A stretch of DNA of 64,000 nucleotides from an uncultured Collinsella sp. (GCA_900544935.1 UQXB01000002.1:4110-68109); one strand, 5' to 3'. Counted from the stretch's first letter, positions 49,047-61,723 are shown. Numbers and translations: made by a program. Notes: generated by a model from the sequence alone, not told the origin.

Positions 49047-49089
49047 GAGAATCACCACAAAGGGGACAGGCACCTTTGCGGTGATTCTC
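49047..49089. repeat. hairpin GAGAATCACCACAAAGG-ggacaggca-CCTTTGCGGTGATTCTC; inverted copy of the hairpin at 49919-49953
   Basis: Same CCACAAAGG/CCTTTG(C/T)GG stem. Loop GGACAGGCA here versus its reverse complement TGCCTGTCC in the downstream copy. Confidence 0.45.
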
Positions 49090-49195
49090 GGTTTCGACGG
49101 CCAGCTGTCACACGTTATGAGATTAAAATTGAATTGTTAGCTGAGATTATTCATTTGTCATCGAGCTTGCCTGCTCTTTGTCTCGAGGAGCGCAT

Positions 49196-49864
49196 ATGAA
49201 GCCGCCTCATTCCACCGGTCGCAACGTCATCGCCATTCTCGCCATACCCATCGTGATGCTCTTCCTTATCGTCATCACGCCCTTTTCTTTTGGTATCGCC
49301 TCGCCCTTCGATCTTTGCGGGATGATCGACGCCGGCTCGCGTGCCACCTCGCTCTCCTTTGTCTGCCGTGGCGTGTTCTACGAATATGCAATTCCCACCG
49401 GAAGTTGGCAGTCCAAGTTACCGTTGCTCGGCAAGGTCGACGGATGCTCCCCCTATTTCTGCCTTGAACCTCAGGCGCTAAACTATCTGATCGACGACCA
49501 GCCACTCGACTCCATCACCCTCGCCTACGACTACGCACCAAACACCGATGAGCGCCACATGAACCAAGTCCTCGACAAGCTGCTTGGACAGTGCGGGCTC
49601 ACCGCGGAAGCCGGTCGAACCATCTATAGCAACCAGAAATTAAAGCGAACAGAACTCCGCCGTGTCGGAAAAATCAAAGGGCGAAACGGGGCCGCCTACT
49701 GGGATGCCTGGGCAACACGCGACAAGGGCGAATTCGGACACAGCACCTATATGGTCACTGTCTACACCAAAGACGGAATTAAGGACAATGTTGACGATTT
49801 CGCGTCATCCAAACTCGGCATCCCCAAAACAACCAAACCCGCCAACCCGGATGAAATTCTGTAG
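49196..49864 (+). CDS. hypothetical membrane-anchored protein flanked by inverted hairpins
   Basis: GGAG 5 nt before ATG. N-terminal TM (VIAILAIPIVMLFLIVITPFSFGI). No homology recognisable by eye. Confidence 0.5.
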   Translation: MKPPHSTGRNVIAILAIPIVMLFLIVITPFSFGIASPFDLCGMIDAGSRATSLSFVCRGVFYEYAIPTGSWQSKLPLLGKVDGCSPYFCLEPQALNYLIDDQPLDSITLAYDYAPNTDERHMNQVLDKLLGQCGLTAEAGRTIYSNQKLKRTELRRVGKIKGRNGAAYWDAWATRDKGEFGHSTYMVTVYTKDGIKDNVDDFASSKLGIPKTTKPANPDEIL

Positions 49865-49918
49865 AGCCGCTCATTAACATACCGCTCAACGATCACAACA
49901 ACATCGAGCTCGTTCCCC

Positions 49919-49956
49919 ACCGCCACAAAGGTGCCTGTCCCCTTTGTGGCGGTTTT
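49919..49956 (+). terminator. stem-loop plus T-run downstream of the 49196 gene (terminator; right-hand inverted copy of the 49047 hairpin)
   Basis: ACCGCCACAAAGG-tgcctgtcc-CCTTTGTGGCGG followed by TTTT. Confidence 0.5.
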
Positions 49957-50048
49957 CGACAAAAAAGAAGCCGCCCCGATAACAGAGGCGGCTTCAAGCA
50001 AGTCTATTTTTAGCGTCCCTCAAGACCCAACGAGAACGCAGAAATGTA

Positions 50049-50122
50049 GCCCGGGGCTTACCCTTTCCCGAACGCGACCCTCGCGAAGCGCGTGAGCGGG
50101 CGGGAAAGGGTAAGCCCCGGGC
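50049..50122 (-). terminator. large perfect hairpin downstream of the aconitase-family gene
   Basis: GCCCGGGGCTTACCCTTTCCCG … CGGGAAAGGGTAAGCCCCGGGC. 22-bp stem with a 30-nt loop. Confidence 0.4.
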
Positions 50123-50137
50123 GGACAATTAAGTGCG

Positions 50138-52540
50138 TTACTCGGCAGCGGCCTTGAACTTGTTGTAGTTGATCAGGCAGCCAGCCTTGACGATGGCACG
50201 CTCCTCTGCCGTCATATCGGCAATGTAGAGCTCAATCTGCTCGACCGCACCATCGGCGCGCACCACGTAGGCGGCGATGCCCTTCAGGTCGCCATCGAGC
50301 GCGGCGCGGATACCCGGCACAAAGACGTAGTCGCCCACCTCAAAGCTGGGCTCGGCCTCCATCTGGAAGGGCACCATGCCCCAGTTCATCACGTTGGAGC
50401 GATAGCGCTTGGTGGCGTACTCGTGGACGATGTTGGCCAGGCCGCCAATTACGCGCTGGCAGCTCGCGGCCTGCTCGCGGGCAGAACCGTCACCGGGCTT
50501 CTTGGCATAGAGCATGGAGCCGTACTCAGTCGCCTTGGCATCGGCCGCGACACCCGCGCCGGTCAGCGCCTCAAACACGCTGGCAAGCTCGGCATCGAGT
50601 GCCGCCAGGTCGCCCGCTGCCTCGCCGGCAACGCGGCGCTTTTCCACCGCGTCGACCTCCTTGGAGCGGCCCACGTAGGCAGGGTCGCGACGGCTGAGCG
50701 TAAACTCGGCCAGACCCAGCGGGTTGGAGCGGAAGGAGCTCGTCTCGCCCGAGGGAATGAGCTCGTCGGTCGTGGTGACCGGGTCCATGATCTTGGAGCA
50801 CACCTTGAGCAGGATGTCGTCGCCGAGAGGCTCCATCGCGGGCCACGGCTTGATGTTGGGACCCTCGACCAGCTCGTCGGCAGGCTCCGCCTTGCCAAAG
50901 CCCCAGTACACGCGCTTCTTGTACGGCGCGTCGTCAAAGGTGTACTCGCAGGCCTCGTCCCAAGTCTCCTCGGGCAGGTCGGTCGCCGGCGTCAGGACGC
51001 CGCCGTTGGCAGCCGTCGCCGCAATGGAGCGAGCGTCCATCAGGGCCACGGCGCTCAGCTGGCCATTACCCGGTTTGGAACCCTCGCGGTTAGGGAAGTT
51101 ACGCGTGGTGTGGCGGATGGACAGACCGTTGTTGGCAGGCGTGTCGCCGGCACCGAAGCACGGACCGCAGAACGCCGTGCGCACGATCGCGCCAGCCTCC
51201 ATGAGGTCGTAGATATAGCCGCGGCGTGTAAGCTCGAGTGCCACGGGCTGGCTCGTGGGATAGACCGACAGCGAGAACTCGCCGCAGCCGGTGTTGGCGC
51301 CCTTGAGCACGCGGGCGGCCTGGACCACGGAGTCGTAGTTGCCGCCCGAGCAGCCGGCGATAACGCCCTGCTGCACGTGCAGCTTGCCGTCGACGATCTT
51401 GTCGAGCAGGCTAAAGTGTGTCTTGCCCTCGCCGATCTTGGCGGCCTCGAGCTCCACCTCATGCAGGATGTCCTCGAGGTTCTCGTTGAGCTCGTCGATC
51501 TCAAAGCCGTTAGAAGGATGGAACGGCAGCGCGATCATGGGCTTGATACTCGACAGATCGACTTCGACGCAGCCGTCGTAGTAGGCAACATCGGCGGGCT
51601 TGAGCTCGCGGTAGTCCTCGCCGCGACCGTGCATGGTCAAAAACGCGTGCGTGTCCTCGTCGGTGGCCCAGATGCTCGACAGGCAGGTGGTCTCGGTGGT
51701 CATGACGTCGACGCCGTTGCGGTAGTCGGTCGTCATGCTCGCGATACCGGGGCCCACGAACTCCATAACCTTGTTCTTAACGTAACCCTTGGCAAAGACG
51801 GCACGGATGATGGCGAGCGCCACGTCGTGCGGGCCAACGCCGGGGCGCGGGGCGCCCGTGAGGTAGATGGCAACGACGCCGGGATAGGCGACATCGTAGG
51901 TGTCGCGCAGCAGCTGCTTTGCCAGCTCGCCACCGCCCTCGCCCACGGCCATGGTGCCCAGGGCACCATAGCGGGTGTGCGAGTCGGAGCCCAGGATCAT
52001 CTTGCCACAGCCGGCGAAATTCTCACGCATAAAGGAGTGGATGACGGCGATGTGCGGCGGGACGAAGATGCCGCCGTACTTCTTGGCAGCCGAGAGACCA
52101 AAGACGTGGTCGTCCTCGTTGATGGTGCCGCCCACGGCGCACAGCGAGTTGTGGCAGTTGGTGAGCACGTAGGGCAGCGGGAACTGCTCCATGCCCGAGG
52201 CGCGCGCCGTCTGGATGATGCCGACAAAGGTGATGTCGTGGCTCGCCATGGCGTCGAAGCGAATCTTGAGCGCCTCGGGGTCGCCGGACGTATTGTGTGC
52301 CTGGAGGATCGAATACGCGATGGTGCCGCGCTTGGCATCCTCGGGCGTCTGCGTAATACCGCGCTCGGCAGCCTCGGCCTCAGGCACAACCTCGCTGCCG
52401 TTACGCAGGTAGATGCCGTCCTCGTACAGCTTGACCATACTGTCTCCCACTCTGCCCAAAAGATTTGGGCGCATAGCATACATTCGTTCAATATCGTGCC
52501 ATAGAACGGTTGCCAGCGGGTTACGAATCTCGGCGTTCAC
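50138..52540 (-). CDS. aconitase-family Fe-S hydratase (aconitate hydratase-like)
   Basis: About 800 aa. [14 protein letters not shown] (aconitase GSDSHT-type motif). Cys-containing cluster-ligand regions [12 protein letters not shown] and [11 protein letters not shown]-terminal swivel-like domain. Confidence 0.65.
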   Translation of the reverse strand: MNAEIRNPLATVLWHDIERMYAMRPNLLGRVGDSMVKLYEDGIYLRNGSEVVPEAEAAERGITQTPEDAKRGTIAYSILQAHNTSGDPEALKIRFDAMASHDITFVGIIQTARASGMEQFPLPYVLTNCHNSLCAVGGTINEDDHVFGLSAAKKYGGIFVPPHIAVIHSFMRENFAGCGKMILGSDSHTRYGALGTMAVGEGGGELAKQLLRDTYDVAYPGVVAIYLTGAPRPGVGPHDVALAIIRAVFAKGYVKNKVMEFVGPGIASMTTDYRNGVDVMTTETTCLSSIWATDEDTHAFLTMHGRGEDYRELKPADVAYYDGCVEVDLSSIKPMIALPFHPSNGFEIDELNENLEDILHEVELEAAKIGEGKTHFSLLDKIVDGKLHVQQGVIAGCSGGNYDSVVQAARVLKGANTGCGEFSLSVYPTSQPVALELTRRGYIYDLMEAGAIVRTAFCGPCFGAGDTPANNGLSIRHTTRNFPNREGSKPGNGQLSAVALMDARSIAATAANGGVLTPATDLPEETWDEACEYTFDDAPYKKRVYWGFGKAEPADELVEGPNIKPWPAMEPLGDDILLKVCSKIMDPVTTTDELIPSGETSSFRSNPLGLAEFTLSRRDPAYVGRSKEVDAVEKRRVAGEAAGDLAALDAELASVFEALTGAGVAADAKATEYGSMLYAKKPGDGSAREQAASCQRVIGGLANIVHEYATKRYRSNVMNWGMVPFQMEAEPSFEVGDYVFVPGIRAALDGDLKGIAAYVVRADGAVEQIELYIADMTAEERAIVKAGCLINYNKFKAAAE

Positions 52541-52730
52541 TTTATCTCAGTAAAGCACAGGGCGATATTGGCGCAAGGAGTGTCCCAAAGTGCCGGCACA
52601 GAAGGAACGTCCCCAAGTGCCAGCCAAAAATGGGAGTGGATAACCTCCCGTTTCTAGCCCTCAAGCGGACCAAAAGTGGGAGATTATCCACTCTCATATT
52701 GTTAGGATTTGCGTCGTAGAGCCGCCGTAA

Positions 52731-53147
52731 CTAAAGATCGGTTCCCGCGCCCAAAAGCTTGCGCATGACCTGTTCGGGGTTAACCGAGCCGTCGCGCGGG
52801 GCCAGGGCGGTGATCTTCTTCTGCATCTTGTACTCGTGCAGCTCGTCCTCGAGCTGGCGCACGCGGGCGCGGAGCTTTTCGTTCTCGCGCTCGCGCTCCT
52901 CGGCACGCTCCTTCATATCGAGGATGCGCACCACGCCGGCAAGGTTGATGCCCTCGTCGGTCAGCTGGTTGATGAGCTCCAGGCGCTCGATATCGGCACG
53001 CGAATACAGACGCGTGTTGCCGCCCGAGCGCTGGGGGTTCACCAGGCCCTTGGATTCGTAGACGCGCAGAGTCTGCGGATGCATGCCGGTCAGCTCGGCC
53101 GCCACGCTGATCATGTACAGCGGTTTGTTCCTATTGTCCTCGGCCAT
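52731..53147 (-). CDS. hspR: MerR-family heat-shock regulator HspR
   Basis: MerR HTH (LYMISVAAELTGMHPQTLRVYESKGLVNPQRSGGNTRLYS). Coiled-coil C-terminus. Last gene of the dnaK-grpE-dnaJ operon. Confidence 0.75.
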   Translation of the reverse strand: MAEDNRNKPLYMISVAAELTGMHPQTLRVYESKGLVNPQRSGGNTRLYSRADIERLELINQLTDEGINLAGVVRILDMKERAEERERENEKLRARVRQLEDELHEYKMQKKITALAPRDGSVNPEQVMRKLLGAGTDL

Positions 53148-53219
53148 GCTACCTGACCCCTTTCCGTCTCGTTATCGTCCATCATAAGCCCGCGGGCGCG
53201 GGCGTGTGCCGCGACCGCC

Positions 53220-54185
53220 CTAGTACGTCGCCTTGTAACGGTTGACCTTCTCGCGGTAGTCGCGCGTATCGGCCTCGCGCAGCTTGGTCATCGCGTCGCG
53301 CTCGTCATCAGACAGGTTCGTGGGAACCTGCACCTTGATCTCGACGAGCAGCGCGCCCGTGCGGCCACGGTGTTTAACGTCGGGCGCGCCCATCTCTTTA
53401 AAACGGAACTTCTTGCCCGTCTGGGTACCCGCGGGCACCTTCAAACGGACCGTCGCCCCGCCGGGCGTCGGCACGTCCACCGTGCAGCCGAGCGCCGCCT
53501 CATAGACCGAGACCGGCACCTCCATGGTCACGTCGGCACCTTTACGCTTAAACAGCGGGTGCTCCTCCACGTGCGTGGTCACGACCAGGTCGCCGCGCTC
53601 GCCGCCGGCAACGCCATACTCGCCGCGACGCTTGTAACGCAGCTTGCCGCCGTCGACCGCGCCTGCAGGCACCGAGACCGTAATGGTCTGCTGTTCGCCT
53701 GTCGAGGGAATGCGATAGGTGACCTTGTGCGTCACGCCGCGAAACGCGTCCTCGGCCGTCACATCGACGGTCAGCGACAGGTCGCCGCCCTTGCGAGCGC
53801 GGCTGCGCCCCGCGCCGGCACCGGCAGCGCCCGCAGCCCCGGCAAAGCCCGAGCCCCAATCGCTGCCCCAGGCGCCGTTGCCGCTAAAGATGCTGTCGAA
53901 GATATCGCCCCAGCCGCTGGCGCCCGCGCCGGCACCGTAGCCGCCGCCATACGCGCCGCCCGCGCCCGGCATGCCGCCGAACATGAGCATCTGGTCGTAC
54001 TCTTTGCGCTTCTTCTCGTCCGAAAGCGTCTCGTAGGCCTCGCTGATCTCCTTGAACTTGGCCTCGTCGCCGCCGGCATCGGGGTGATATTTTTGCGCGA
54101 GCTTGCGAAACGCGCTCTTGATCTCTTTGTCGGAGGCGCTCTTGGATACGCCCAGGATGTCATAGAAGGTTTTGCCTGCAGCCAT
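53220..54185 (-). CDS. dnaJ: J-domain co-chaperone DnaJ lacking the Cys-rich zinc-finger (class B / DnaJ2-type)
   Basis: J domain with HPD ([36 protein letters not shown]). Gly-rich linker. C-terminal substrate-binding domains. No CxxCxGxG repeats. AGGAGAGGAG RBS. Confidence 0.8.
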   Translation of the reverse strand: MAAGKTFYDILGVSKSASDKEIKSAFRKLAQKYHPDAGGDEAKFKEISEAYETLSDEKKRKEYDQMLMFGGMPGAGGAYGGGYGAGAGASGWGDIFDSIFSGNGAWGSDWGSGFAGAAGAAGAGAGRSRARKGGDLSLTVDVTAEDAFRGVTHKVTYRIPSTGEQQTITVSVPAGAVDGGKLRYKRRGEYGVAGGERGDLVVTTHVEEHPLFKRKGADVTMEVPVSVYEAALGCTVDVPTPGGATVRLKVPAGTQTGKKFRFKEMGAPDVKHRGRTGALLVEIKVQVPTNLSDDERDAMTKLREADTRDYREKVNRYKATY

Positions 54186-54293
54186 CGTAGCTCCTCTCCT
54201 GTTACGTCCGCCGTCCATGCAGACGACGGCTCATGCTTTCATATGGCACTAGGCCAGAAAGGGCCCCGGGTGTTGCCCCGGGGCCCTTCTCAA

Positions 54294-55136
54294 TTACTCC
54301 TCGGTGCTCTCGGCCGTATCGGCCGCGGCATCCTCGGGCGCCGCTTCGGGCTCCGGTGCGGGGCGCTTCTCGCCACCGTAGGTCACCGTCACCATCGCGG
54401 AACGCAGGATGCGATCCGCCATGCGGTAGCCCTTCTGGTACACGTCGTTGACGGTCTCGTCGTACTGCGATGCGTCCTCGACGCGACCCACAGCCTGGTG
54501 CTCGAGCGGATCGAACGCCTCGCCCTTGGGGTCGATGGGCTCAACGCCCTCGTGCGCAAACACATCGAGCAGCTTGGCATGCACTGCATCAACGCCATCG
54601 ACGAACTGCTTAAAATCGTCGGAAAGCTCCTGGCTACGGGCATGGTCGATTGCACGCTCGATATCGTCAACCACCGGAAGCAACGCAGTGACGAGCTTCT
54701 CGGTCGCGCGCTCGCGCTCGGCGATGCGCTCGTTAGCGGTGCGGCGACGGAAGTTCTCCCAGTCGGCCTGTAGACGGGCGGTGCGCTCGGTGGCGTCCTT
54801 TGCCTTGTCCTCGGCGGCCTTCTGAGCCTCTGCCGCAGCATCGAGCTCGTTGCGCACGTCGGCAAGCTCCTTTTGGGCCTGCTCGAACTTGAGCTTAAAG
54901 TCGTTGTCGGCGGCTTCCTCACCGGCGCGGATAGCAGCTTCCACCATCTCGTCCTCGGTCATCGTCGTCTCCTTGTTGGAATCCTCTACCTGGTTCTCGG
55001 CAGCCTCGGCGGCCTCGGCCTCGTTGACCTCGGTATCGTCGACGGCCTCTACGGGAATCTTCACGTCCTTCTCCTCAGAGTCAACGGGGGCGGTGCCAGC
55101 GGCAGCCGCCTCCGTGCGAGCTTTACGGGCGGACAT
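54294..55136 (-). CDS. grpE: nucleotide exchange factor GrpE
   Basis: Acidic N-terminus. Coiled-coil. C-terminal GrpE core (…LLPVVDDIERAI…HQAVGRVE…GYRMADRILRSAMVTV). Confidence 0.85.
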   Translation of the reverse strand: MSARKARTEAAAAGTAPVDSEEKDVKIPVEAVDDTEVNEAEAAEAAENQVEDSNKETTMTEDEMVEAAIRAGEEAADNDFKLKFEQAQKELADVRNELDAAAEAQKAAEDKAKDATERTARLQADWENFRRRTANERIAERERATEKLVTALLPVVDDIERAIDHARSQELSDDFKQFVDGVDAVHAKLLDVFAHEGVEPIDPKGEAFDPLEHQAVGRVEDASQYDETVNDVYQKGYRMADRILRSAMVTVTYGGEKRPAPEPEAAPEDAAADTAESTEE

Positions 55137-55138
55137 GA

Positions 55139-57031
<1,893 letters not shown>

Positions 57032-57140
57032 TAGAAATTCCCTCTCTCTTGTGCGTTTGCACCGACTCGGCGGTCTGCCGCGCGGTGTTTCGGCTTGTCT
57101 TTCAGGATGTAGTGTATCCCCTTATGGGCCGGAATATACA

Positions 57141-57167
57141 AAATCTAAGTCAATTCATATAAGATTT
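57141..57167. promoter_or_regulatory. 27-nt inverted-repeat motif upstream of dnaK, shared with clpB
   Basis: AAATCTAAGTCAATTCATATAAGATTT at 110-136 nt upstream of the dnaK ATG. Confidence 0.45.
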
Positions 57168-57574
57168 CTTATTGCCGAGAGTTTAGGTTCGCAAATGCGC
57201 AGGTAGACGCACTGTTTGAGTTCTGGGCAAATCTATTGAGATCTATGTAGAGATGGCTGAGGTTTGGATCTGGGGGTGCCTGGGGCGGTCTTGGGCGACC
57301 CCGAGGAAGGCGTGACCCGTTTTGGGCGTCGATTCCGGGACACGCTTTCCAAAAGCGCGCTCAATCGCCCTATATTTCAAGTCACCTTTAGCTAACATTT
57401 GCGCAGCTCAGCGGCCCCACCTGCGAATTGTTTAGTAAGCCGTGGCATACTCGGCGAACGGTATGAAGATGCCAGTCAGAGGGTATTGCAAACGGTCGCT
57501 CCCGTGGTATGTTTTTGCCCGAATCACACCGACGCGCATCGCCTGTAGCGTCGGTCAACAGAGAGGAAACTACC

Positions 57575-57760
57575 ATGGCTCATCCCGTAATTGATGCCGA
57601 CGAGTGCATCGCTTGTGGCGTTTGCGTCGACTCCTGCCCCGCTGGCGTTCTGGAGCTCCAGGACGTCGCTACCGTCGCTGACGAGGACTCCTGCGTCGCC
57701 TGTGGCGCTTGCCAGGACGCTTGCCCCGCTGGCGCGATCACCGAGATCGTCGAGGAGTAA
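57575..57760 (+). CDS. small 2x[4Fe-4S] ferredoxin (61 aa)
   Basis: CIACGVCVDSCPAG and CVACGACQDACPAG. GAGAGGAAA RBS. Confidence 0.7.
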   Translation: MAHPVIDADECIACGVCVDSCPAGVLELQDVATVADEDSCVACGACQDACPAGAITEIVEE

Positions 57761-57852
57761 CAACTCCCCCACCTGCACACTCAAAAGTACACCGTGCACA
57801 AAAAAGGAGGCCTCCGCATCGCCGCGGAGGCCTCCTTTTGCATTCGTCGTTA

Positions 57853-58398
57853 CTAGGACAGGTCATCTTCGTAGGGCATCAGATCTGCCAGATAGCCCTT
57901 TTCCTTGAGCATGGCCTCGATCTCGTCAAGGGTTTGCTCGTCTTCCGCCGCGATGCGGTGGAAGTGATAGCCACTTGTCACCGTCAGCAGCGGAAAACTC
58001 TTGCCGCTCTCGATATCGTGCAGGTAGCGCTCAACATCGCGACGATTGCGAATGTCCAAGTCGGCCGTGATCTTACCGTATACGCGGTGATTGACGATCA
58101 CGTTGAGCACGGCACCGCCCGCGTCGACGATACTAGTAAGCTCATCGCCTGCCTGCTCCACGCCGTGGCGAACCTTGACCAAGCGCGTGGGCACGGCGGG
58201 GCTGCTGGGGGCCTCCTGCAGCACATAACCACGGTTGGTTGCCACGATATCGTGCCCATCGGCACGTAACAGGGCAATATCCTGAACCACGACCTGACGG
58301 CTCACGCCAACCTCGCGGGCAAGCGCGCTGCCCGATACGGGCTCCGTGGCCCCCTCGAGTACGCCCATGATGGCACGGCGACGCTCGCGGCCGTCCAT
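57853..58398 (-). CDS. niaR: NiaR/YrxA-type transcriptional repressor of NAD biosynthesis (HTH + 3H domain)
   Basis: N-terminal HTH (RRRAIMGVLEGATEPVSGSALAREVGVSRQVVVQDIALLRADG). C-terminal 3H-like His-containing region. Cotranscribed with nadABC. ATG overlaps the nadC stop. Confidence 0.7.
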   Translation of the reverse strand: MDGRERRRAIMGVLEGATEPVSGSALAREVGVSRQVVVQDIALLRADGHDIVATNRGYVLQEAPSSPAVPTRLVKVRHGVEQAGDELTSIVDAGGAVLNVIVNHRVYGKITADLDIRNRRDVERYLHDIESGKSFPLLTVTSGYHFHRIAAEDEQTLDEIEAMLKEKGYLADLMPYEDDLS

Positions 58399-59258
58399 TA
58401 TTTACCGTCCAGCAGACGCAGGTGCTTAAGCGAGAGATCGAGAATCGGCGCAGAGTGCGTTAACGCCCCCGAGCTAATAAAGTCAACGCCCAGGTCGGCG
58501 AGCGCGCGGATATTGCTGGCGTCCACGTTGCCCGAGCACTCGGTCTTGGCACGGCCGGCGATAAGCTCAATCGCGGCAGCCATGTCGTCGTGGGTCATGT
58601 TGTCGAACATGATGATATCGGCACCGGCCTCCACGGCTTCGCGTACCATGTCCAGGTTCTCGCACTCAATCTCGACCGTCGTGGTAAACGACGCATGGGC
58701 GCGCGCCATCTCGATCGCGCGCGTCACGCCACCGGCGGCATCGATGTGGTTGTCCTTGAGCATGACGGCCGTCGACAGGTTGTAGCGGTGGTTGCTGCCG
58801 CCGCCGATCTCGACCGCCGCCTTCTCAAACACGCGCATGCCCGGCGTGGTCTTACGTGTGTCGACAAGCACGGTCTTGGTGCCCTCGAGCGCCGCGGCCA
58901 TGCTGTGCGTGTAGGTAGCGATGCCGCTCATGCGCTGCAGGTAGTTGAGTGCCACGCGCTCACCCGAAAGCAGCACGCGCGCGTCGCCGCGCACCTGACC
59001 CACATGGTCGCCGGCATGCACCTCATCGCCATCGACGACATCAAACAGCACCGAGCTCTGCGAATCCAGCAGCTCAAAGGTGCGAGCGAACACATCCAGG
59101 CCGGCGATGATGCCATCGGCTTTGGCGATAAGCTCCACCGTGGCGGGACGCGCCGCGGGGCACACGCTCGCCGTGCTCACGTCCTCAAAGGTAATGTCCT
59201 CGCGCAGAGCCTGCAGAATCAGATCATCGACGACGAGCTTCATGGTAATGGGATTCAT
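58398..59258 (-). CDS. nadC: nicotinate-nucleotide pyrophosphorylase (quinolinate phosphoribosyltransferase)
   Basis: …LLSGERVALNYLQRMSGIATYT…VLVDTRKTTPGMR…IMLDNM-like motifs. Confidence 0.85.
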   Translation of the reverse strand: MNPITMKLVVDDLILQALREDITFEDVSTASVCPAARPATVELIAKADGIIAGLDVFARTFELLDSQSSVLFDVVDGDEVHAGDHVGQVRGDARVLLSGERVALNYLQRMSGIATYTHSMAAALEGTKTVLVDTRKTTPGMRVFEKAAVEIGGGSNHRYNLSTAVMLKDNHIDAAGGVTRAIEMARAHASFTTTVEIECENLDMVREAVEAGADIIMFDNMTHDDMAAAIELIAGRAKTECSGNVDASNIRALADLGVDFISSGALTHSAPILDLSLKHLRLLDGK

Positions 59259-59261
59259 GGT

Positions 59262-60638
59262 CTACTCCTCCACGGCCTGTGTGCTGGCGGCACGGGCCAA
59301 ATCATCGATTGCCAGGGGATCGGCGCTCAGGGCGCGATGACGGCCATCGAGCGCGGGATCGCCCGCCTGCTCCACGGCCAGCGACTCGCCGGTACGCATA
59401 TACCACGCGGCGCGACGACCCCAGACCAGCGCTTCGAGCAGGCTGTTTGATGCAAGGCGGTTCTTGCCGTGAACGCCGTTGCAAGCCGTCTCGCCCGCGG
59501 CGTAGAGCTCGGGCATCGAGGTGCGGCCGTCCTTGTCGACCCACACGCCGCCCATAAAGTAGTGCTGTGTGGGCGTAATGGGAATAGGCTCGTCCAAGAT
59601 GTCGCGACCGTCCTCAAGGCAGCGTGCGCGGATGTTGGCAAAGTGCCCGGTCACCACGTCGCGCTCGACGGGGGCAAAGCTCAGCCACTCGTGCTCGGTG
59701 CCGTCCTGCTTCATCTGCTCGCGAATGGCGGCGGCGACCACGTCACGCGGCTGCAGCTCGTCGGTAAAGCGCTCGCCAGCGGCGTTGAGCAGAATCGCGC
59801 CCTCGCCGCGGCAGCTCTCGCTGATCAGGAAGGTGCGGCCCGGCTGCGGCGAGAACAGCCCCGTGGGGTGAATCTGCACGTAGTCCAGGTGCTCCATCTT
59901 AATGCCATGCTCCTGAGCAATGTAGCAGGCATCGCCCGTAAGCTGCGGGTAGTTAGTCGAATGGTCGTACACGCCGCCGATACCGCCCGTCGCCCACAGC
60001 GTATGGCGGGCATGGATCTTAAACGGCTCGCCGGTATGCACGCCCTCGGCGGCATGTGCCAGCTCGTCGGCGGGGCGGACCGAATCGCCCTCGTCCACGG
60101 GAACGGCAACGACGCCGGTGCACACCGTGGCCCCATCGCGCTCGCCCGTCAGGATATCGGTCATGGCCACGTGCTCAAGAATCTGCACGTTATCCAGCTT
60201 GCGAACGGCCTGGAGCAGCTTGGTCGTTATCTCCTTACCCGTAATATCGGCATGGAAGGCAATGCGCGGGCGGCTGTGCGCGCCCTCGCGGGTAAAGTCG
60301 AGGCTGCCGTCGGCCTTGCGCTCGAAATCCACGCCCATCGCTAGCAGGTCGTTGATGACCGAACGGCTCGAGCGAATCATGATGTCGACGCTCTCGCGGC
60401 GGTTCTCGTAGTGACCGGCGTGCATGGTGTCCTCAAAGAAGGCATCGTAGTCCGAGCCCTCGGGAAGCACGCAAATGCCGCCCTGCGCGAGCATCGAATC
60501 GCACTCGTCGACAGTGCCCTTGGAGAGCATGATCACGCGCGTGCTCGTCGGCAGATTGAGGGCCGCGTACAGGCCCGCCACGCCGCAGCCGGCAATGACG
60601 ACGTCGCACTCCATGTCGGGGTATTGTTTGGTTTCCAC
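59262..60638 (-). CDS. nadB: L-aspartate oxidase
   Basis: FAD-binding DVVIAGCGVAGLYAAL. Fumarate reductase/succinate dehydrogenase flavoprotein family motifs (SMLAQGGI, RPRIAFHAD). GTG start with GGGAGAGGA upstream. Upstream ORF-track extension rejected. Confidence 0.8.
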   Translation of the reverse strand: METKQYPDMECDVVIAGCGVAGLYAALNLPTSTRVIMLSKGTVDECDSMLAQGGICVLPEGSDYDAFFEDTMHAGHYENRRESVDIMIRSSRSVINDLLAMGVDFERKADGSLDFTREGAHSRPRIAFHADITGKEITTKLLQAVRKLDNVQILEHVAMTDILTGERDGATVCTGVVAVPVDEGDSVRPADELAHAAEGVHTGEPFKIHARHTLWATGGIGGVYDHSTNYPQLTGDACYIAQEHGIKMEHLDYVQIHPTGLFSPQPGRTFLISESCRGEGAILLNAAGERFTDELQPRDVVAAAIREQMKQDGTEHEWLSFAPVERDVVTGHFANIRARCLEDGRDILDEPIPITPTQHYFMGGVWVDKDGRTSMPELYAAGETACNGVHGKNRLASNSLLEALVWGRRAAWYMRTGESLAVEQAGDPALDGRHRALSADPLAIDDLARAASTQAVEE

Positions 60639-60655
60639 AGAAATCCTCTCCCTTG

Positions 60656-60692
60656 CAATGTGACATAAGGGACTGTCCCTCATGTCACATTG
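60656..60692. promoter_or_regulatory. 37-nt near-perfect palindrome between nadA and nadB
   Basis: CAATGTGACATAAGGGACTGTCCCTCATGTCACATTG. Arms of 11 + 6 bp. Confidence 0.4.
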
Positions 60693-60694
60693 GC

Positions 60695-61723
60695 TTAGCG
60701 CGCCGCGTACTCGAGCATGCGGTCGAGCGTGAGCTTGGCCTGATCGGCTGCCTCGTCCGACACGCCAATCTGCACCTCGCCCTCGCCCGTCTCCAGGCAG
60801 CGCACGAGCTTTTCGAGCGTGATGAGATCCATGTTGACGCAGGTGGGCTGCACCGCAGGGAAGTAGAACTTTTTGCCGGTGCCCTCGCAGCGGCGCTCGA
60901 GCTCGTAGAGCACGCCGCGGACCGTCACGATGATGAACTCGTTGGCGTCCGACTCCTCGGCATACTTGATGATGCCGGCGGTGGAGCCGATGTAGTCGGC
61001 CTCGGCAAGGACGTCGGCCTTGCATTCGGGGTGCGCCAGTACGAGCGCGTTGGGATGCGCCTCCCGCGCATCGACAATCTGCTCGACGGTGATGATGTGG
61101 TGGCGCGGGCAGTAGCCCTTGTTGAGGATGACGTGCTTTTGCGGCACCTGCTCGGCAACAAAGCGGCCCAGGTTTTGATCGGGGATGAACAGGACGTGTT
61201 GCTGCGGCAGCTCGGACACGATCTTGACGGCGTTGGAGCTGGTGACACACACGTCACTCCAGCTCTTGATCTCGACCGTCGAGTTAACGTAGCAGACCAC
61301 GGCAAGGTCGTCGCCGTGCTCGGCGCGCGCTGCATCGACCGTCTCGCGCTTGACCATGTGAGCCATGGGGCAGTCCGCGCCCGGCTCGGGCAACAGCACG
61401 GTCTTGGTGGGATTGAGCAGCTTGGCGCTCTCGCCCATAAACTCCACGCCGCACAGCACGATGGTCTGCTGCGGCAGGCTCTTGGCGAGCTTTGCCAGGT
61501 AGAAGCTGTCGCCGACGTAATCGGCAACGGCTTGGACCTCGGGCGCCACATAGTAGTGCGCCAAGATCACCGCGTCACGTTGGGTTTTTAGTTGCTGAAT
61601 GGCCTCGACGAGCTCTGCGGGCACCAGTGCCGCGCGCTCCGTTGCCGTCGTTGCCGATGCTAGGCCGGCCGCGATATCGCGCGCAAGCTCCGACGCATCC
61701 ATGTTCGCGCTCTGTGCCATCAA
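60695..61723 (-). CDS. nadA: quinolinate synthase
   Basis: …ILAHYYV…CGVEFMGESAKL…CYVNSTVEIK…AHPECK… The three conserved Cys, typical of NadA. Confidence 0.85.
   Translation of the reverse strand: MMAQSANMDASELARDIAAGLASATTATERAALVPAELVEAIQQLKTQRDAVILAHYYVAPEVQAVADYVGDSFYLAKLAKSLPQQTIVLCGVEFMGESAKLLNPTKTVLLPEPGADCPMAHMVKRETVDAARAEHGDDLAVVCYVNSTVEIKSWSDVCVTSSNAVKIVSELPQQHVLFIPDQNLGRFVAEQVPQKHVILNKGYCPRHHIITVEQIVDAREAHPNALVLAHPECKADVLAEADYIGSTAGIIKYAEESDANEFIIVTVRGVLYELERRCEGTGKKFYFPAVQPTCVNMDLITLEKLVRCLETGEGEVQIGVSDEAADQAKLTLDRMLEYAAR

Noticed and set aside
50423-52504. 693-aa plus ORF antisense to the aconitase-family gene
   Set aside because: Shadow ORF, Gly/Ala/Arg/Val-rich. The minus strand has the aconitase GSDSHT motif.
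59469-61591. Plus ORFs antisense to nadB and nadA (59469..60344, 60653..61591)
   Set aside because: Shadow ORFs opposite well-conserved NAD biosynthesis genes.
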